Shown here piece by piece: positions 34,016 through 38,758 of a DNA stretch of 38,758 bases. The stretch is from IMG/VR virus record IMGVR_UViG_2541047683_000001; one strand, 5' to 3'. Position numbers and translations under genes: made by a program. The DNA is from a virus. Lineage: Duplodnaviria > Heunggongvirae > Uroviricota > Caudoviricetes. The stretch's first letter is position 1. Every line of letters begins with the position of its first letter. The notes beneath the pieces were generated by a model. It worked only from the letters and a program-made list of their open reading frames with translations, did no database searches and was not told the origin of the DNA.

Positions 34016-34497
34016 TGATGGTGCTGGGATTGTACGTGTTTATGCTGCGCACCGTGCCGTATCAGGAGCTGCAGTATCAACGCAGCTGGCGACATGCGGC
34101 AAACAGCCGGGTAAACCGACGTCCGTCCACGCAGTTTCTGGGACCGGACAACGACATGCTGACGCTTTCTGGTGTTCTTATGCCGGAGATAACAGGTGGC
34201 AGGCTGTCGTTGCTGGCACTGGAGCAGATGGCAGAACAGGGGAAAGCATGGCCCCTGATTGAAGGCAGCGGCACCATTTACGGCATGTATGTGATTGAGG
34301 GAATAAATCAGACTAAAACGGAGTTTTTCCGCGATGGTATGCCGCGCCGGATTGAGTTCACCCTGTCGCTCAAACGGGTGGATGAATCCCTGTCCGATAT
34401 GTTCGGTGATCTCAGTACGCAACTGAATAATCTGCAGGATACGGCAACGTCTGCCTTAAGCGATATCGGTAAAACGGTGGGAGGGCTGCTGTCGTGA
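34012..34497 (+). CDS. U: tail protein (P2 gpU-like)
   Basis: 161-aa ORF overlapping T stop and D start. Confidence 0.85.
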   Translation: MMMVLGLYVFMLRTVPYQELQYQRSWRHAANSRVNRRPSTQFLGPDNDMLTLSGVLMPEITGGRLSLLALEQMAEQGKAWPLIEGSGTIYGMYVIEGINQTKTEFFRDGMPRRIEFTLSLKRVDESLSDMFGDLSTQLNNLQDTATSALSDIGKTVGGLLS

Positions 34498-35594
34498 ATT
34501 TCAGCTCTGAACTGCTTAACAAAGGCAACAAAACTCCCGCATTCAGCATCAGTATTGAGGGCAGGGATATCACCACTGTGCTGGATAACCGCCTGATGAG
34601 TCTGACGCTGACGGACAATCGGGGCTTTGAAGCGGACCAGCTTGATCTGGAACTGGATGATGCCGACGGAAAAATCGTGCTGCCGCGCCGAGGTGCGGTC
34701 ATTACGCTGGCGCTGGGCTGGAAGGGGCAGCCGCTTTTCCCGAAAGGGACATTCACGGTGGACGAGATTGAACACACTGGCGCACCGGACCGCCTGACTA
34801 TCCGGGCGCGAAGTGCTGATTTTCGTGAAACGCTGAATACCCGCCGTGAAAAGTCGTGGCACAAGACTACTGTCGGGGAAGTGGTCAAGGAAATAGCCGC
34901 GCGTCACAAGCTGAAGATGGCACTGGGTAAAGACCTGTCGGATAAGCCCGTGGAACATATAGACCAGACTAATGAGAGTGACGGCAGTTTTCTGATGCGG
35001 CTGGCGCGCCAGTACGGTGCTATTGCGTCAGTGAAAAATGGCAATCTGTTATTCATCCGGCAGGGACAGGGTAAAAGCGTCAGCGGTAAACCACTGCCGG
35101 TGATCACTATCACACGTAAGGACGGCGACAGTCACCGCTTTACCCTGGCAGATCGCGGAGCCTATACGGGCGTAATTGCCAGCTGGTTGCATACCCGCGA
35201 ACCCGCGAAGAAAGAAAGCACCACGGTGAAGCGTAAGCGCAGAACTAAGAAGCAGAAGAAAGAGCCGGAAGCGAAGCAGGGCGATTACCTGGTGGGGACG
35301 GATGAAAACGTGCTGGTACTTAATCGCACTTATGCCAACCGGAGCAACGCCGAACGAGCGGCGAAAATGCAGTGGGAACGCCTGCAACGCGGTGTTGCGT
35401 CATTCTCGCTACAACTGGCGGAAGGGCGGGCAGATCTCTACACGGAAATGCCAGTGAAAGTCAGTGGCTTTAAACAGCCGATAGATGATGCGGAATGGAC
35501 CATTACGACTCTGACGCATACCGTCAGCCCGGATAACGGTTTTACGACCAGTCTGGAGCTTGAAGTGAGGATTGATGATTTCGAAATGGAATGA
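34494..35594 (+). CDS. D: tail protein (P2 gpD-like)
   Basis: 366-aa ORF last in the tail operon. Confidence 0.9.
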   Translation: MNFSSELLNKGNKTPAFSISIEGRDITTVLDNRLMSLTLTDNRGFEADQLDLELDDADGKIVLPRRGAVITLALGWKGQPLFPKGTFTVDEIEHTGAPDRLTIRARSADFRETLNTRREKSWHKTTVGEVVKEIAARHKLKMALGKDLSDKPVEHIDQTNESDGSFLMRLARQYGAIASVKNGNLLFIRQGQGKSVSGKPLPVITITRKDGDSHRFTLADRGAYTGVIASWLHTREPAKKESTTVKRKRRTKKQKKEPEAKQGDYLVGTDENVLVLNRTYANRSNAERAAKMQWERLQRGVASFSLQLAEGRADLYTEMPVKVSGFKQPIDDAEWTITTLTHTVSPDNGFTTSLELEVRIDDFEME

Positions 35595-35684
35595 TTCTTC
35601 GCAATGGAGAACTTTTAAGTTTGCAAAATGGAATAATGCGGTATCATTATTGTGAATTTAGCAAAAATGGGGAGAACTCGAAAA

Positions 35685-35903
35685 ATGATGATTTGCCCAC
35701 TGTGTGGAAGTGCCGCCCATACTCGCAGCAGTTTTCAGGTATCTTCATTGACCAAAGAGCGTTACAACCAGTGCCAGAACATTAACTGCAGCCATACTTT
35801 TGTTACCCATGAAACTTTTGTTCGTTCGATTGCAACGCCAAAAGAGTCAAATCCGGTTCAGCCGCATCCAATGAAATCAGGACAGGTGGCGCTCTCTCTT
35901 TGA
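35685..35903 (+). CDS. ogr: late gene transcriptional activator, zinc-finger (P2 Ogr / 186 B family)
   Basis: 72 aa MMICPLCGSAAHTRSS...KERYNQCQNINCSHTFVTHE, Ogr-like CxxC...CxxxxC zinc finger; GGGGAGA RBS; stop abuts attR core. Confidence 0.9.
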   Translation: MMICPLCGSAAHTRSSFQVSSLTKERYNQCQNINCSHTFVTHETFVRSIATPKESNPVQPHPMKSGQVALSL

Positions 35904-35926
35904 CGCTGCCGCCATTTTGTCGCCAT
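35904..35926. repeat. attR: attR core CGCTGCCGCCATTTTGTCGCCAT
   Basis: 22/23 identity with 19..41; begins immediately after ogr stop codon. Confidence 0.6.
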
Positions 35927-36138
35927 CGTTAAAAAACAGTGCTTCTAACATCATGATTTTAAAAGGCATAAATTTTAGACAACAAAAAACCCACCAACCT
36001 TGAACCGAAATGGCGGGGTTGATGGGCTCCACAAAATGGGGACATCAAAGAAAAGCAGTGGCACTAATTAAGACTGATGCCCTGCGGAAAAGTTCTGCGG
36101 TTGTGCAAAAAAATTTCATTTTCAGGGCAACTTCAGTT

Positions 36139-37824
36139 TTATCCTAATCCTGGCCATACCATGACGATGATTGTCCCTGCCAGCGTCAGCAGGACGTTGG
36201 CGATTGCGTAGGTGCCCGCATAGCCCAGCGCCGGGATGTTACTGCGAGCTGTATCACTGATGATCTCCATTGCCGGCGCGCAGGTGCGTGCGCCCATCAT
36301 TGCGCCGAACAACAGTGCGCGGTTCATTCGCAATACATAAGCACCGAACAAGAAGCAGATAACCACTGGCACCAGACTGACAATCAATCCGGCAATCAAC
36401 ATCTGACCGCCAATCGCGCCCAGGCCGTTATTAATACCGCTACCAGCGCTCAGACCAACGCCTGCCATAAACACCATCAAGCCGAACTCCTTCACCATGC
36501 TTAATGCACCCTGCGGAATGTAACCGAAGGTCGGGTGGTTAGCACGCATAAAGCCCAGCATAATTCCGGCGAATAACAACCCGGCAGCGTTCCCCATGCC
36601 GAAACTGAATGTGCTGAACTGGAAGGTGATCATCCCGATCATCAGCCCAATAACAAAGAAGGCGCAGAATGCCAGCAAGTCAGTGACCTGGCTGTGAATC
36701 GAGATAAAGCCGATGCGATCGGCGATGGTTTTTACGCGGCGGGCATCGCCGCTGACTTGTAAAACGTCACCTTTGTTAAGCACGACGTTGTCATCAATCG
36801 GCATCTCAATCTGGCTACGTATGACGCGGTTAAGGAAGCAACCGTGATCGGTCAACTTCAGTTGTGCCAGGCGTTTGCCAACAGCGTTATGGTTTTTAAC
36901 GACCACTTCTTCAGTGACGATACGCATGTCGAGAAGGTCACGATCGAAAACTTCTTTGCCATTACGGAAACTGGGATCGAGTCGGGCGTGGGCGTCGGGG
37001 TAGCCTACCAACGCTATTTCATCGCCCATTTGTAGCACGGCATCACCGTCTGGATTTGCCAGAATCCCGTTACGCCGAATACGTTCAATGTAGCAGCCGG
37101 TTTGTCGATAAATACCCAGTTCACGCAGATTTTTGCCGTCGGTCCAGGCTACCAGCTCCGGGCCGACGCGGTAGGCGCGGATCACCGGCAAATAAACCTT
37201 ACGGTTGGCATCTGTGTCCAGGCCACGTTCGCGGGCGATTTGCTGGGCGCTGGTCTGTAAGTCCTGATGCTGCAATTTCGGCAAGTAACGCGCACCAACA
37301 ATCAAACTCACCAGACCGATTAAATAGGTTAAGGCATACCCGAGGCTCAGATTATCCAGTGCCAGTGAGAGCTGCCTGCTTTCCATGCCGGAATGACGCA
37401 GTGTATCGCCAGCACCGACCAGAACCGGTGTTGACGTCATAGAGCCTGCTAACATACCGGCCGTCAGGCCAATATCCCAGCCAAACAGCTTACCTAACCC
37501 TAAGGCGATGGCCAGCGCACTGCCAACCATCACCAGTGCTAACATTAGGTAATTTTTCCCATCGCGAAAAAAAATGGAAAAAAAGTTCGGTCCGGCTTCG
37601 ACCCCGACGCAGAAAATAAACAGCATAAAGCCAAGATTAAGCGCGTCGGTGTTAATGCTGAAATGTTGTTGGCCTAATAACAGCGATACGACTAAAACGC
37701 CAATGGAATTACCCAGTTGGATCGAACCAAGTCGTAATTTCCCGAGACATAGCCCAAGCGCGAGGACCACAAATAATAACAGAATGTAATTCCCATTTAA
37801 CAATTCGGCGACGTTTATATTCAC
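36139..37824 (-). CDS. ybjL: host putative transporter YbjL (AAE-family)
   Basis: 561-aa multi-pass membrane protein with two central soluble domains, matching E. coli YbjL as I recall it. Confidence 0.9.
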   Translation of the reverse strand: MNINVAELLNGNYILLLFVVLALGLCLGKLRLGSIQLGNSIGVLVVSLLLGQQHFSINTDALNLGFMLFIFCVGVEAGPNFFSIFFRDGKNYLMLALVMVGSALAIALGLGKLFGWDIGLTAGMLAGSMTSTPVLVGAGDTLRHSGMESRQLSLALDNLSLGYALTYLIGLVSLIVGARYLPKLQHQDLQTSAQQIARERGLDTDANRKVYLPVIRAYRVGPELVAWTDGKNLRELGIYRQTGCYIERIRRNGILANPDGDAVLQMGDEIALVGYPDAHARLDPSFRNGKEVFDRDLLDMRIVTEEVVVKNHNAVGKRLAQLKLTDHGCFLNRVIRSQIEMPIDDNVVLNKGDVLQVSGDARRVKTIADRIGFISIHSQVTDLLAFCAFFVIGLMIGMITFQFSTFSFGMGNAAGLLFAGIMLGFMRANHPTFGYIPQGALSMVKEFGLMVFMAGVGLSAGSGINNGLGAIGGQMLIAGLIVSLVPVVICFLFGAYVLRMNRALLFGAMMGARTCAPAMEIISDTARSNIPALGYAGTYAIANVLLTLAGTIIVMVWPGLG

Positions 37825-38093
37825 GGAGGCTAACTTCTTGTTTACTAGTAAGCTGTTGAAAGAAATGGTAATTTACGATAATGTTTTTTACCAGAATTCA
37901 GGGCGCAGATTCATTCAGCGCACCTAAACGATAGTAAAGTAACAATATATTTTACTAGTGTAATCACATTAGGTATCAACGGCTATATGAATTGCGTTGG
38001 CCTATATTAGCATGGAATGCGAAGCGGCTTTATCTTACTGAACGCCACACTGGCGAAAAATGTGTTCGATAGACGCAGTGTCAGGAGGAACGA

Positions 38094-38471
38094 GTGAAAC
38101 ATAAACAACGTTGGGCGGGGGCAATCTGCTGTTTTGTCCTCTTCATTGTGGTGTGCCTTTTTCTGGCGACGCACATGAAAGGCGCTTTTCGGGCTGCCGG
38201 GCATCCTGAAATCGGCTTGCTGTTTTTCATTCTTCCTGGAGCAGTTGCCAGCTTCTTTTCACAGCGTAGAGAAGTCTTGAAACCTCTGTTTGGTGCAATG
38301 CTGGCGGCACCCTGTTCAATGCTTATTATGCGGCTGTTTTTTTCACCGACGCGCTCATTCTGGCAAGAGCTGGCATGGTTATTAAGTGCGGTGTTCTGGT
38401 GTGCGCTGGGGGCACTGTGTTTCTTATTTATCAGTAGTTTGTTTAAACCACAGCACAGAAAAAATCAATAA
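38094..38471 (+). CDS. ybjM: host inner membrane protein YbjM
   Basis: 125-aa hydrophobic protein between ybjL and grxA, as in E. coli K-12 gene order. Confidence 0.85.
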   Translation: MKHKQRWAGAICCFVLFIVVCLFLATHMKGAFRAAGHPEIGLLFFILPGAVASFFSQRREVLKPLFGAMLAAPCSMLIMRLFFSPTRSFWQELAWLLSAVFWCALGALCFLFISSLFKPQHRKNQ

Positions 38472-38472
38472 A

Positions 38473-38489
38473 GCCCTCAACGCGAGGGC
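38473..38489. terminator. bidirectional terminator hairpin between convergent ybjM and grxA
   Basis: GCCCTC(aacgc)GAGGGC flanked by AAA upstream and TT downstream. Confidence 0.7.
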
Positions 38490-38500
38490 TTGTCAGACGA

Positions 38501-38758
38501 TCAGGCGTCCAGATTCTCTTTCACCCATGCAGCAAAATCGGTATAGCCGCCGATATGTTGCTGATCGACAAAAATCTGCGGCACGGTTTCTACGGGTTTA
38601 CCTGCCTTTTGTTGTAGATCTTCTTTAGTGATCCCTTCCGCACGAATATCTACATACTGATACTGAAAATCATCGCGTTCATTGCTCAATTTCTCAGCCA
38701 GATCTTTTGCACGCACACAGTAAGGGCAACCCGGACGACCAAAAATAACGGTTTGCAT
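38501..38758 (-). CDS. grxA: host glutaredoxin 1
   Basis: 85 aa with CPYC active site (MQTVIFGRPGCPYCVRAKDLA...), complete to window end. Confidence 0.95.
   Translation of the reverse strand: MQTVIFGRPGCPYCVRAKDLAEKLSNERDDFQYQYVDIRAEGITKEDLQQKAGKPVETVPQIFVDQQHIGGYTDFAAWVKENLDA

Larger units (their letters stand above)
19..35926. mobile_element. P2/186-like (Peduoviridae) prophage, apparently complete, bounded by att core repeats
   Basis: int at left end and ogr at right end; complete P2-order late gene set; 23-bp direct repeats at 19..41 and 35904..35926; host ybjL-ybjM-grxA immediately to the right. Confidence 0.85.

Noticed and set aside
35652-35684. N-terminal extension of ogr from the track ORF start
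   Set aside because: The RBS precedes the ATG at 35685 and the Ogr family N-terminus begins at the CPLC motif; extension not supported
1-38758. CRISPR arrays, rRNA or tRNA genes
   Set aside because: No regularly spaced short direct repeats and no tRNA-like cloverleaf candidates seen; the att core is not adjacent to a recognisable tRNA

Overview
The window holds an apparently complete P2/186-like (Peduoviridae) prophage of about 35.9 kb (19..35926) in an Escherichia-type chromosome, bounded by 23-bp att core direct repeats (19..41 and 35904..35926, 22/23 identical) and followed on the right by host genes ybjL, ybjM and grxA. Gene order left to right: int, an AT-rich OLD-family ATPase/TOPRIM cargo gene, a 186 CI-like repressor with a tandemly duplicated DNA-binding domain; then rightward apl/cox-like, a 186 CII homologue, fil-like and small early ORFs, a TraR/DksA-like zinc-finger protein, a Dam methyltransferase, the replication initiator A, and a LexA-box-controlled small ORF plus DinI-like gene. 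An AT-rich accessory island follows (secreted protein, a possible cos site, and a zinc-ribbon plus PIN-like two-gene cassette), then portal Q and terminase P, and the late genes O N M L X, a holin/SAR-endolysin/overlapping-spanin lysis cassette, R and S. An FRG-like cargo gene lies antisense between S and V, followed by V W J I H G. After G comes the remnant of an invertible tail-fibre segment (inverted Tfa fragment, an AT-rich 290-aa cargo gene, a DNA invertase pseudogene), then FI FII E/E' T U D and ogr. Three Ogr-type TGT-N12-ACA late-promoter sites and a programmed -1 frameshift site (E/E') are visible. The most interesting candidates for undescribed systems are the zinc-ribbon/PIN cassette between A and Q, the 290-aa gene in the frozen fibre-inversion locus, the FRG-like gene between S and V, and the OLD-like gene in the repressor-integrase operon. 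All functional calls rest on motif recognition by eye and remembered family knowledge; no database search or computation was run, and the AT-richness statements are visual, not measured.
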